Source: Oscillospiraceae bacterium (GTDB lineage Bacteria > Bacillota > Clostridia > Oscillospirales > CAG-272). Taken from it: 64,000 bases of DNA. The notes under the pieces are model-generated. The model did not search any database. It was not told the origin of the DNA and saw nothing but the letters and a program-made list of their open reading frames with translations. Of this stretch, positions 35,302 to 43,906 are shown in pieces. The translations under genes were made by a program, and so were the position numbers. Numbering within the stretch: the first letter of the stretch is position 1; every line of letters begins with the position of its first letter. The stretch covers positions 7,435 through 71,434 of the forward strand of contig SVSJ01000007.1 of NCBI GenBank assembly GCA_015064355.1, given 5' to 3'.

Positions 35302-36666
35302 ATGAAAAAGTTCTTGACCCTCGCACTCCTCTTGATTTCCGTAGCCATCCTTGCGGTCAGCGTAAATGCAGCAGTCGGCACCGTGGTTTACGGCTACAAA
35401 ACCGACACCGCTCCCAACCTCGAAGAGATCGACGAATCCTGGGGCGAGCCGTGTATCTACGTGGACAAAAATTCCCCTAACACCGAGCTACACAAGTACT
35501 GGACGGAGGAAATTGACACCTGCTACTACACAACTCCGGGAACCGGCGCAGCGGGCAGGACCACTATTCAACCCGAGCCAAGTGACTTCTGGATGTATGT
35601 TCTCTATGATCGCAAGAATTTGTATATCGGCATCAAATCTCCCGATACAGAGCCATCAGGCGGTCCCGAAGCGCACCGTGGTGATGGTGCACGCATCTGG
35701 CTTCAACCTCTTGATTCAATGGTCGATCCTTATTCAGGGTACGGCGTTGGTGAGCTTACGGAATATGAGCCAGAATATCAGCTCCTTGAGACCTACTACC
35801 ACTACTACTGGAACATGTCGAAAGATATGAGTGAGGTTGACAGGCTTTATGCATCAAAAAATGTTGATATTGCAAATATATCATTTAAAGACGGATATAT
35901 GCACGCGATCATTGAGATTCCTCTGTCATTCTACGGTTTAGCCAAGGAAAAGAATCTCAACGGTTTCGAGTTCGGTACTGCAATTATGCGTTGCAGTTCC
36001 AGGAGTCCTTCTGACGAGGGTTACGCAGGCTGGCTGTCCTGGGGTGCCACCTTACCGGAATACACTCCCCTGCCCACCAGTGTTAATACCATTATTTTGG
36101 TAGACCCCGATGCAGAGCTTCCTGCAGATCAGACCACGCCTATTGAAACCGAAGCTCCTGTAACCGAAGCTCCTGCGACCGAAGCTCCTGTAACCGAAGC
36201 TCCTGCGACCGAAGCTCCTGCAACCGAAGCTCCTGCTACTGAGACTCCTGCGACCGAGACTCCTGCGACCGAGACTCCTGCGACCGAAACTCTTGCAACC
36301 GAGACTCCTGCGACTGAGGCTCCTGCGACCGAGGCTCCTGCGACCGAGACTCCTGCGACTGAGACTCCTGAAACCGAAGCTCCTGTGACTGAAGCTCCTG
36401 CGACCGAAGCTCCTGCAACCGAGGCTCCTGCAACCGAAACTCCTGCGACCGAGACTCCTGAAACCGAGACTCCTGAAACCGAGACTCCTGCGACCGAAGC
36501 TCCTGTGACTGAAGCTCCTGCGACCGAGACTCCTGCAACCGAAGCTCCTGTAGCGAGCAACACCGCAAATAAGCCTAATACAGCTCTCAACGTTGGTATA
36601 ATCGTTGCGGTTATAGTAGTGGGACTTGGCATTGTGGCACTTATTAAGAACAAGAAAAAGAAATAA
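35302..36666 (+). CDS. Surface protein: signal peptide, CBM9/DOMON-like N-terminal domain, 27x TE(A/T)P(A/V/E) stalk, C-terminal TM anchor
   Basis: Signal peptide MKKFLTLALLLISVAILAVSVNA, a pentapeptide repeat array, and a C-terminal segment LNVGIIVAVIVVGLGIVALIKNKKKK. Confidence 0.75.
   Translation: MKKFLTLALLLISVAILAVSVNAAVGTVVYGYKTDTAPNLEEIDESWGEPCIYVDKNSPNTELHKYWTEEIDTCYYTTPGTGAAGRTTIQPEPSDFWMYVLYDRKNLYIGIKSPDTEPSGGPEAHRGDGARIWLQPLDSMVDPYSGYGVGELTEYEPEYQLLETYYHYYWNMSKDMSEVDRLYASKNVDIANISFKDGYMHAIIEIPLSFYGLAKEKNLNGFEFGTAIMRCSSRSPSDEGYAGWLSWGATLPEYTPLPTSVNTIILVDPDAELPADQTTPIETEAPVTEAPATEAPVTEAPATEAPATEAPATETPATETPATETPATETLATETPATEAPATEAPATETPATETPETEAPVTEAPATEAPATEAPATETPATETPETETPETETPATEAPVTEAPATETPATEAPVASNTANKPNTALNVGIIVAVIVVGLGIVALIKNKKKK
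36148..36552 (+). repeat. 27 tandem copies of a 15-bp unit (ACC GAR RCT CCT GNR)
   Basis: Counted directly in the sequence. Units differ only at a few wobble or second positions and are in frame within the CDS. Confidence 0.95.
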
Positions 36667-36671
36667 ACTCA

Positions 36672-36698
36672 AAAAGAGGCTACCGCCGCCTCTTTTTT
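36672..36698 (+). terminator. Rho-independent terminator
   Basis: Stem AAGAGGC/GCCTCTT followed by TTTTTT. Confidence 0.7.
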
Positions 36699-36758
36699 AT
36701 TGCATCGGGCGATGTATCTTATTCCACGGATAAGTCAGAAAAGCTTAACTATTTTTTA

Positions 36759-36787
36759 TTGACAATATTTGTATGTGTTGATATAAT
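36759..36787 (+). promoter_or_regulatory. Sigma-A promoter
   Basis: TTGACA, 17 nt, TATAAT; exact consensus. Confidence 0.6.
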
Positions 36788-36821
36788 TATTTCGTAAGGT
36801 TATAATTAGCTGGAGGAATAT

Positions 36822-38147
36822 ATGAAAAATAACAAATTTCTGTTCCGTATATTCTTTTTGATACTGTTCTCTTTTGCCGCTAACTCTTATCTTGGTGCAG
36901 TTAAGTATCCCGTAGTTCTGTATTCTGCTATCGCTGCAATTTTAATCTCCAACATTTTCATCGGATTTACTGACACATCAATCCTAAAAACAAGAATGAA
37001 GTTCTGCAATCACGGTGCAGAGTGTCTTTTGATCTTTTGTATGTCGATCGTTATATCGGCAACATATCATCTGGTAACGTTTCTCTTAATTCCGTGGGAT
37101 CTCGAGCAATTTATCTGGAGCGTTGTAACCACAGTTATTGCTCACGCGATCCTTTTCTGGAACGGCATTATCTGCGTTTATCTCACTGCAGCTCATTTGG
37201 GTATAAAGCAGCGTATTATCGGAATCATCTGCGGTCCCATTCCCATCGCTCATCTGTTTGCCCTTCGCAGTATTATGAAAACTGTTTATTCAGAACTAAA
37301 ATTTGAGGCAAAAAATGACGATCGCGACAGAGAACGGTTAAATGATCAGATCTGCAAGACGAAATATCCTATTGTTCTAGTTCACGGCGTATTTTTCAGA
37401 GATTCCAAATATATCAATTATTGGGGCAGAATTCCCGAATCATTGAAACTCAACGGTGCAGAGATCTTCTACGGCAATCACCAGTCTGCCCTTTCTGTCG
37501 CCGACAGTGCCGCGGAGCTGGTGGAGCATATCAAAAAGATACTCCAGAAAACCGGCGCTGAAAAAGTCAATGTGATCGGTCATTCAAAAGGCGGACTTGA
37601 CACCAGATACGCGATACATAATCTTGGTGCGGATAAGTATATCGCCTCCCTCACAACGGTCAATTCTCCTCACAGAGGATGCGAATTTGCCGACTATCTC
37701 CTTGACAAGATCCCCGTGGATATTCAGAAAAAGGTGGCAGGAGCTTACAATATTATGGCGCGTCATCTCGGTGACACAACCCCGGACTTTATGGCAGCAG
37801 TACAGGATCTCCGCGCAAGCGTTTGCACCGAATTTGACAAGAATACACCAAAGCCTGAGGGCATCCTTTGCCAGAGCATCGGGTCGATTCAGAAAAACTC
37901 CACAAGCGGTCGATTCCCATTAAATCTGTCATATCTTATGGTCAATAATTTCGGTGGTGAAAACGACGGACTTGTAACCGCAGATTCCTTTGAATGGGGT
38001 GACAAATATACCCTGCTCAGACCAATCGGAGACCGAGGTATATCACATATGGACGTTATTGATCTTGCCAGAGAGGACATCCCGGAATTTGACGTAAGAG
38101 AGTTTTACGTGGAGCTCGTGGCAGATCTCAAAAACAAAGGACTGTAA
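36822..38147 (+). CDS. Polytopic membrane domain fused to an alpha/beta-hydrolase (lipase/esterase) domain
   Basis: About 150 aa with 4-5 predicted TM helices. The hydrolase part then carries PIVLVHGVFF (oxyanion-hole type) and the nucleophile elbow GHSKGG. Confidence 0.65.
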   Translation: MKNNKFLFRIFFLILFSFAANSYLGAVKYPVVLYSAIAAILISNIFIGFTDTSILKTRMKFCNHGAECLLIFCMSIVISATYHLVTFLLIPWDLEQFIWSVVTTVIAHAILFWNGIICVYLTAAHLGIKQRIIGIICGPIPIAHLFALRSIMKTVYSELKFEAKNDDRDRERLNDQICKTKYPIVLVHGVFFRDSKYINYWGRIPESLKLNGAEIFYGNHQSALSVADSAAELVEHIKKILQKTGAEKVNVIGHSKGGLDTRYAIHNLGADKYIASLTTVNSPHRGCEFADYLLDKIPVDIQKKVAGAYNIMARHLGDTTPDFMAAVQDLRASVCTEFDKNTPKPEGILCQSIGSIQKNSTSGRFPLNLSYLMVNNFGGENDGLVTADSFEWGDKYTLLRPIGDRGISHMDVIDLAREDIPEFDVREFYVELVADLKNKGL

Positions 38148-38150
38148 TTA

Positions 38151-38185
38151 AAAAACCGGCACATCAGCAGATTTGTCGGTTTTTT
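38151..38185 (+). terminator. Rho-independent terminator
   Basis: Stem AACCGGCA/TGTCGGTT (one G-T pair) followed by TTTTTT. Confidence 0.6.
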
Positions 38186-38208
38186 CCATTCCTGTTTTGA
38201 GTTTTGTG

Positions 38209-38237
38209 TTGAAAACTTTTCATTGATATGGTACAAT
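38209..38237 (+). promoter_or_regulatory. Sigma-A promoter (extended -10)
   Basis: TTGAAA, 17-nt spacer ending in the extended -10 TGg, then TACAAT. Confidence 0.55.
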
Positions 38238-38268
38238 ATATTTATTAACAATATCGCGAGGTAATGCT

Positions 38269-39465
38269 ATGCAATCTTTAAGATATTTATATAGAATAGG
38301 CAGAGGCCCGTCATCTTCCCACACAATGGGTCCTTTGGCGGCGGCGGTAGCCTTTCTCAAGGAAAATCCGGCAGCGGAAAGCTACAAGGCTATTCTTTAC
38401 GGTTCCCTTGCAAAGACAGGACCCGGGCACATGACAGACCGGGTACTTGAGGAAGCATTTGCCGGCAGAAAGTTTGAAATCGTTTACGATTACGACACCC
38501 CAACAGATTACCACCCCAACACCATGGATCTTTTCGCTTACTCCGGTGAAGCTGAAGTAAAAAAGAGATACTACAGCATAGGCGGCGGTGAGATCATTGC
38601 AGAGGGTGAAGCCCCCCACGAGCACAGCCAAGTTTATCCTCTCAACTCCTTTACTGAAATCTCAGAGTATTGTCGCAGTCACGATATTCGCATCTGGCAG
38701 TACGTTGAAGAGTGCGAAGGTGAGGAGATATGGGATTACCTTCTCGAAGTGTGGAAGGTAATGCAGAACGCTATCAAGGAAGGCCTTGAGGCACAGGGCA
38801 TTCTCCACGGCGGAATCGGAACACAGCGCAAAGCACGTTACCTTTTCAGACAAAAGCACATCGACGAAAGTGCTGAAACCAAGATGAATAGACTTATCTG
38901 TGCCTATGCTTACGCGGTAAGCGAGCAGAACGCATCCGGCGGTCTTATTGTTACAGCACCCACCTGCGGTGCTTGCGGCGTTGTTCCTGCGACTATGAAA
39001 TTCCTTCAGCCCAAGCGTAACTTCACCGACGAGCAGATCATTCATGCCCTTGCGGTTGGTGGTGTTATCGGCAATCTGATTAAGACTAATGCATCAATCA
39101 GCGGTGCAGAATGCGGTTGTCAGGCGGAAATCGGCACAGCTTGTGCAATGGCAGCAGCAGCGGCAGCGGAGCTTTACGAGCTTGATCTTGATCAGATCGA
39201 ATACGCGGCAGAGATGTCCATTGAGCACCATCTCGGGCTCACATGCGACCCGATCCTCGGACTGGTTCAGATCCCCTGCATCGAGCGAAATGCAATTGCT
39301 GCAATGCGCGCTTTGAACGCAGTCAACCTTGCGGATTTTCTGGCAGACTCACGAATGATATCCTTTGATATGATCGTTAATACAATGTACGAAACCGGCA
39401 AGGACCTTAAAGTAATCTACCGCGAAACATCCGAGGGCGGACTTGCCAAGAACTTCAACAAATAA
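38269..39465 (+). CDS. sdaA: L-serine ammonia-lyase (iron-sulfur dependent), single-chain form
   Basis: N-terminal IGRGPSSSHTMGP. Cysteine ligand region APTCGACGV and SGAECGCQAEIG. Confidence 0.8.
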   Translation: MQSLRYLYRIGRGPSSSHTMGPLAAAVAFLKENPAAESYKAILYGSLAKTGPGHMTDRVLEEAFAGRKFEIVYDYDTPTDYHPNTMDLFAYSGEAEVKKRYYSIGGGEIIAEGEAPHEHSQVYPLNSFTEISEYCRSHDIRIWQYVEECEGEEIWDYLLEVWKVMQNAIKEGLEAQGILHGGIGTQRKARYLFRQKHIDESAETKMNRLICAYAYAVSEQNASGGLIVTAPTCGACGVVPATMKFLQPKRNFTDEQIIHALAVGGVIGNLIKTNASISGAECGCQAEIGTACAMAAAAAAELYELDLDQIEYAAEMSIEHHLGLTCDPILGLVQIPCIERNAIAAMRALNAVNLADFLADSRMISFDMIVNTMYETGKDLKVIYRETSEGGLAKNFNK

Positions 39466-39551
39466 CGAATAAATATTCCCACTACCCTTGAAATCCACGT
39501 TATTTCTATGGTATAATGTGTCAAATTATTTTCTCTATGGAGGAGCTTTAA

Positions 39552-41912
39552 ATGAGCATAAAGACAAAAGCCACTTCCGGTGCTGACGAGAAAACCCCGT
39601 CATTGCCTCAATACTTCTCTTGGGTAAACAATACCAACGAAGGCTCTACGGAAGAACAAACTATAACTAACCTTGAGTATTTCAAATGGCTTCACGACAA
39701 GTACGGTATGAAGCTTAAAATATACGCGTGGGATGCAGGTAACCTTGATGGCGGCGGTTACTATGACAACCCATACGAATCAGAAAAGCTTAAGAAGCAG
39801 TATCCCCGCGGATACAAGCCCTGCGTGGATAAGGCGGCTGAATTCGGTTGTCGTCTCGGCGTTTGGGGCGGTGCTGACGGATATGGCGATACCCCCGAAG
39901 AAGAACAGAAGAGACACGATCTCCTCGTTCATCTCTGCCGCGACTTCGGTTTCCTCCAGTTCAAGTTTGACGCTGTTTGCGGATGGCCCCGCGAGTCATC
40001 GCATCCACTTTGGAAAAAGACAATGGACGAGTGTCGTAAGTACGTTCCCGATCTTATCGTTCTCAACCACCGTCTCTGGCTTGGAGAGGCTGAGATCGCT
40101 GCTACCACTTTCCTTCTTGAAGGTGTTGAAACTTACATCGACGTTCACACCTACAACACTGTCTCCGGACCTCATCACCGCATGACCCCTCTCACACGTC
40201 CCCTTTCCCCCGGAATGCAGAGACTTGCTGAGGACCACGGTGTTTGTATCTCCTCTTACGTGGACTTCTTCGAGGACGATCTCATCATCCAAGCATTCAG
40301 CCGTTGCCTTATTCTCGCTCCCGAGATTTATGCTAACCCCTGGCTCCTTCGTGATGACGAGCACGCTCGCCTTGCGAAGATCTACAATGTTCACGCAAAA
40401 TATGCGGATATCCTCGTAGACGGTATGCCTCTTTCCGAAGAAGAATTCGGAAAGAACGCCGTTTCCAGAGGTGACGATGATACACGCCTTATTACTTTCA
40501 CAAACGCCTCCTGGAACCCGAAGACCGTTACTATCACCATCGGTGAAGAAATCGCTCTCAGAAACTGCGAAGGTAAAGAATATATCGTTAAGGCTATTCA
40601 CCCCTACGAAGAATACATCGCTACCGCTAAGGAAGGGGACAAGGTTTCCATTGAGATCGAGCCTGCCCGCGCTGCTCTTATTCTCGTTCAGGAAAAGACC
40701 AGATTCGAGAAGGAAGACTTCGTTCTTACAGGATGTAAGTACGAAACTGTTTACGGCCCCGGTGCTGAAGCTGACAAGGTTCGCATTTTCAAGGCTGACG
40801 GTGCCATCGGCTCAATCGGTAAGAGATCCGTTGATTACGCCGCAATCGTTGGCGACAACACCATCGCCCGCCCTGTATCTCTCGGCATCCTCAAGAATTC
40901 TCCCATTCCCGCAAATATCGAACAGCTTTATGAAGCAACCTGCTTCTCCGCAGACTGCGACTCCCTTGAAGCACAGTCTCTTAAGCGTTCCGGCGAAACA
41001 AATATTCCTCAGGTCAAGGCTGCACGCGATGCGTTCTTTAACCAGGAAGCATATACTCAGCGCGGCACAGAGGCAAGAGCAATGTTCGATGGCAAGCCTG
41101 ACACATTCTTTGATGCTGAATCTGTTTATATGCAGACAAGAATTGAGGGTGGTTGCCTGAGAGTTGACTTCGGCAAGGAATACGATATCAGTCGTATCGA
41201 AATCGAAGCATTTGCAGTTAACGAGCCTTGGCACCAGGTACATGAAGCTCACTTCGAGGCTGCTGCCCGCGTTTCAACAGATCTTGCAAATTGGCAAACT
41301 GCTCCTCTCGCAGGTGTTGAAACAACCGCCGACCAGTGGACTCTCCCCGTTGTTTTGAGTGGCGTTCACACTATGGACTACTGCGAAGGCAAGAAGCGCA
41401 CCGCAACATACACCGTAAATGCGACTGCACGTTACTTCAGCCTCCCCTGCCCCATGGATCGCATTTTCTCCTTTACTGCATATGATGCAAACGGAAACAA
41501 GATAGATCTGACAACTGCTCACGCAAACAACCTCCTTGCTCCGTTCAATAAGCTTGAGTTTATCTCTGCACGTTCTCTCACTACAAAGCTTCCCGAAGAA
41601 TATGCTGACGGCGCATATCTCGCTATAGGTACTGACGGTATCCATGGTGGAGAAGGTGTATACTGCGCTATCGAATTCGACGGCAAGGTTGTCGGTGCAA
41701 TCGATCGTGCTTGCTGCTTCCCTGTAAACAACTGGGAATACAAGACAGCAACTCCCGACAGCGGTCTTACTTATTACTTCGCTCTTACTCCCGAAATGAA
41801 GGGTAAGGAAGTCAAGCTTCATGCATTCTATAGAAACGACTGCCAGGTTGTAACTCGTGCTTGGGTGTGTGACAATAATAACAAGAAGCCTATCGCAACC
41901 CTTTCAATATAA
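39552..41912 (+). CDS. Uncharacterised 786-aa cytoplasmic protein, putative glycoside-hydrolase-like with a discoidin-like module
   Basis: No signal peptide. The N-terminal ~300 aa have alternating beta/alpha character (YFSWVNNTNEG..., KIYAWDAG, GVWGGADGYG, FKFDAV). The central block FDGKPDTFFDA...LRVDFGKEYDISRIEIEAF resembles an F5/8 type C module. I cannot assign a family. Confidence 0.4.
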   Translation: MSIKTKATSGADEKTPSLPQYFSWVNNTNEGSTEEQTITNLEYFKWLHDKYGMKLKIYAWDAGNLDGGGYYDNPYESEKLKKQYPRGYKPCVDKAAEFGCRLGVWGGADGYGDTPEEEQKRHDLLVHLCRDFGFLQFKFDAVCGWPRESSHPLWKKTMDECRKYVPDLIVLNHRLWLGEAEIAATTFLLEGVETYIDVHTYNTVSGPHHRMTPLTRPLSPGMQRLAEDHGVCISSYVDFFEDDLIIQAFSRCLILAPEIYANPWLLRDDEHARLAKIYNVHAKYADILVDGMPLSEEEFGKNAVSRGDDDTRLITFTNASWNPKTVTITIGEEIALRNCEGKEYIVKAIHPYEEYIATAKEGDKVSIEIEPARAALILVQEKTRFEKEDFVLTGCKYETVYGPGAEADKVRIFKADGAIGSIGKRSVDYAAIVGDNTIARPVSLGILKNSPIPANIEQLYEATCFSADCDSLEAQSLKRSGETNIPQVKAARDAFFNQEAYTQRGTEARAMFDGKPDTFFDAESVYMQTRIEGGCLRVDFGKEYDISRIEIEAFAVNEPWHQVHEAHFEAAARVSTDLANWQTAPLAGVETTADQWTLPVVLSGVHTMDYCEGKKRTATYTVNATARYFSLPCPMDRIFSFTAYDANGNKIDLTTAHANNLLAPFNKLEFISARSLTTKLPEEYADGAYLAIGTDGIHGGEGVYCAIEFDGKVVGAIDRACCFPVNNWEYKTATPDSGLTYYFALTPEMKGKEVKLHAFYRNDCQVVTRAWVCDNNNKKPIATLSI

Positions 41913-41920
41913 TACTCACT

Positions 41921-41959
41921 TATACGGGTAGGCAAGAGTCTACCCGTATAGTTTTATTT
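41921..41959 (+). terminator. Rho-independent terminator
   Basis: Perfect 11-bp stem TATACGGGTAG/CTACCCGTATA followed by GTTTTATTT. Confidence 0.75.
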
Positions 41960-41988
41960 GAACGTTTATTCGAGAAATGGAGGTTATT

Positions 41989-43785
41989 ATGGATCTCGGA
42001 TTTAAAATATATTTCAGTGATAAAACCGTGTATGTTCCTGAGTCAAGTCTTAACGGAAAAACTGAGGGAAATGTTACCGTTTATAATACAGCGGTAGATC
42101 ACGCAAATATAGAATGGATATTTGAAAAAGTAGACAAAGGTGTTATCGTAACACTTTCCGCCAAAAGCGAATCCCCTCTTGACATAGTACGCATTGACAG
42201 CCTGGTGTTTGATATGACACCCGGATCTGTAACTGACAGAATACCCTTTTTCGGCACAACCACAAATCACACCGAAACCAGATATCCGTCTGAGTTGGCA
42301 GAAAACAAGTCTTATGCCAATAATGCAACCGGATTATTCCCCGACCTTGCTTCTGCGGGTATGGCTATGGCATTCATCGTTCCTTTCAAAAATATGATAG
42401 CCACCGGTACTGTAAGAGTTGGAAACACCCTATCGTACTTTGCAAAAACCCTATTCACCGAAGACTATCAGGTATCAAATGCGATCACTACAGAACGTCT
42501 CTTTTTCTCTGAAAATATAACGATAGATGAGCTTTATGATGTTTACCGCAGTTATATTCCGAAGAGTTCTTTTCCAATGCCCAAGCTTACCGGCTGGAAC
42601 ACTTGGGATGCATATATGGATAAGGTAACCCCTGATGACATATTTAAGAACCTCGACTTTTTCAAAAACTCAAATCTCAAAAAGTATCTGAATTATATAA
42701 TCATAGATGACGGTTGGCAGCACGACTGGGGTGACTGGTGGGAAAACGATAAGTTTGCCTGCGGTCTCGACTACGTGGCAAACAAAATCAAAGAGGCCGG
42801 ATTTACCCCCGGAATTTGGATGGCACCGCTCAGAATGAAAAAAACCGCAGATATGCTCGCCGGTCATATGCACTGGTTCCATAAGGATGACAGCTTTGAA
42901 GAAGGCGTAATGCTCTTCAGTGATATGTATTGTATAGACCCTACTGTCCCTGAAGCAAGACAATACATCCTTGACACCTATAAAAAACTATACGACTACG
43001 GATACAGAGTATTTAAAATAGACTTTTTGGACAGTGTTCTGATTGCTAAAAAGTTTTACGATCCCACAGCCACTCCTTTCTCTGTTCTGAGAGATCTGAT
43101 GATCGACATTCGCAAGGAAACAGGAGATGACGTAATTATTCTCGGTTGCTCTCTTCCCGTTCAGTGCGATGCAGACGCTGCACAGTCTATGCGTATAGGA
43201 GTTGACATTCATATACACTTCTTCCACGTTGCCTGGGTTGCTGAAACCCTGGCCTGGACCTGGATGTTCAACAACCGCGTTACCAGAATCGACCCCGATT
43301 TCCTTGTTGTTCGCGGAGACGAAACCTCAAACGATGACTGGCCGGAACATGACAAGTACGTTCTGCCGCAAAGACGTAGCAAAGGTACTGAAGACCCCTC
43401 CAACTGGCGTTGGTCCAATGGGGACAGATTCAATGAAATCGAAGCTGAGACCTGGGCGAATTTTGTTGCTGTCAGCGGCGGTAACATGATTCTCTCGGAT
43501 TTGATGTTTAATCTGAACGAAAAAGGACTTGCACTCATTGAGAATGCATTTGAAATCGCTCAAGACGAATGCAGACCAATATATCTCCACGATGATATCA
43601 GAATTCCCTCTGTGTGGAAATCAGACAAGGTAATGCTGATCGTTAACTGGGAAGATGTTCCATCAACCAAAACGGTAAGCGGCGTAACTGGAAATGCAAC
43701 TTCAAAAAAGCCGTTTAAGCTTTGTGGAGATAATGCTGTCGTATCACTTCTGCCTCACGAAAGCATTATAATTGAACTTAATTAA
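41989..43785 (+). CDS. Clan GH-D alpha-galactosidase-like glycoside hydrolase (GH36/GH27-like)
   Basis: TGWNTWDAY, IIIDDGWQ, GIWMAPL and FKIDFLD are typical melibiase-type (beta/alpha)8 motifs. ATG at 41989 with GGAGG 5 nt upstream. Confidence 0.65.
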   Translation: MDLGFKIYFSDKTVYVPESSLNGKTEGNVTVYNTAVDHANIEWIFEKVDKGVIVTLSAKSESPLDIVRIDSLVFDMTPGSVTDRIPFFGTTTNHTETRYPSELAENKSYANNATGLFPDLASAGMAMAFIVPFKNMIATGTVRVGNTLSYFAKTLFTEDYQVSNAITTERLFFSENITIDELYDVYRSYIPKSSFPMPKLTGWNTWDAYMDKVTPDDIFKNLDFFKNSNLKKYLNYIIIDDGWQHDWGDWWENDKFACGLDYVANKIKEAGFTPGIWMAPLRMKKTADMLAGHMHWFHKDDSFEEGVMLFSDMYCIDPTVPEARQYILDTYKKLYDYGYRVFKIDFLDSVLIAKKFYDPTATPFSVLRDLMIDIRKETGDDVIILGCSLPVQCDADAAQSMRIGVDIHIHFFHVAWVAETLAWTWMFNNRVTRIDPDFLVVRGDETSNDDWPEHDKYVLPQRRSKGTEDPSNWRWSNGDRFNEIEAETWANFVAVSGGNMILSDLMFNLNEKGLALIENAFEIAQDECRPIYLHDDIRIPSVWKSDKVMLIVNWEDVPSTKTVSGVTGNATSKKPFKLCGDNAVVSLLPHESIIIELN

Positions 43786-43791
43786 TATCAT

Positions 43792-43818
43792 AAAAAGGAC
43801 GCTTCGGTGTCCTTTTTT
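43792..43818 (+). terminator. Rho-independent terminator
   Basis: Stem AAGGACGC/GTGTCCTT followed by TTTT. Confidence 0.65.
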
Positions 43819-43841
43819 GACGGGAGAATTCATATAAATAA

Positions 43842-43870
43842 TTGACATTTTGCTGCAGCGGTGCTATAAT
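43842..43870 (+). promoter_or_regulatory. Sigma-A promoter
   Basis: TTGACA, 17 nt, TATAAT; exact consensus. Confidence 0.6.
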
Positions 43871-43906
43871 TACGTTTGTTCGAGCCCTACGTTCTGGGAG
43901 GTATTT

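Noticed and set aside
36148-36552. The regular 15-bp repeat array as a CRISPR or other non-coding repeat.
   Set aside because: The units are contiguous with no spacers, in frame inside a CDS with a signal peptide and TM anchor, and encode a coherent pentapeptide repeat.
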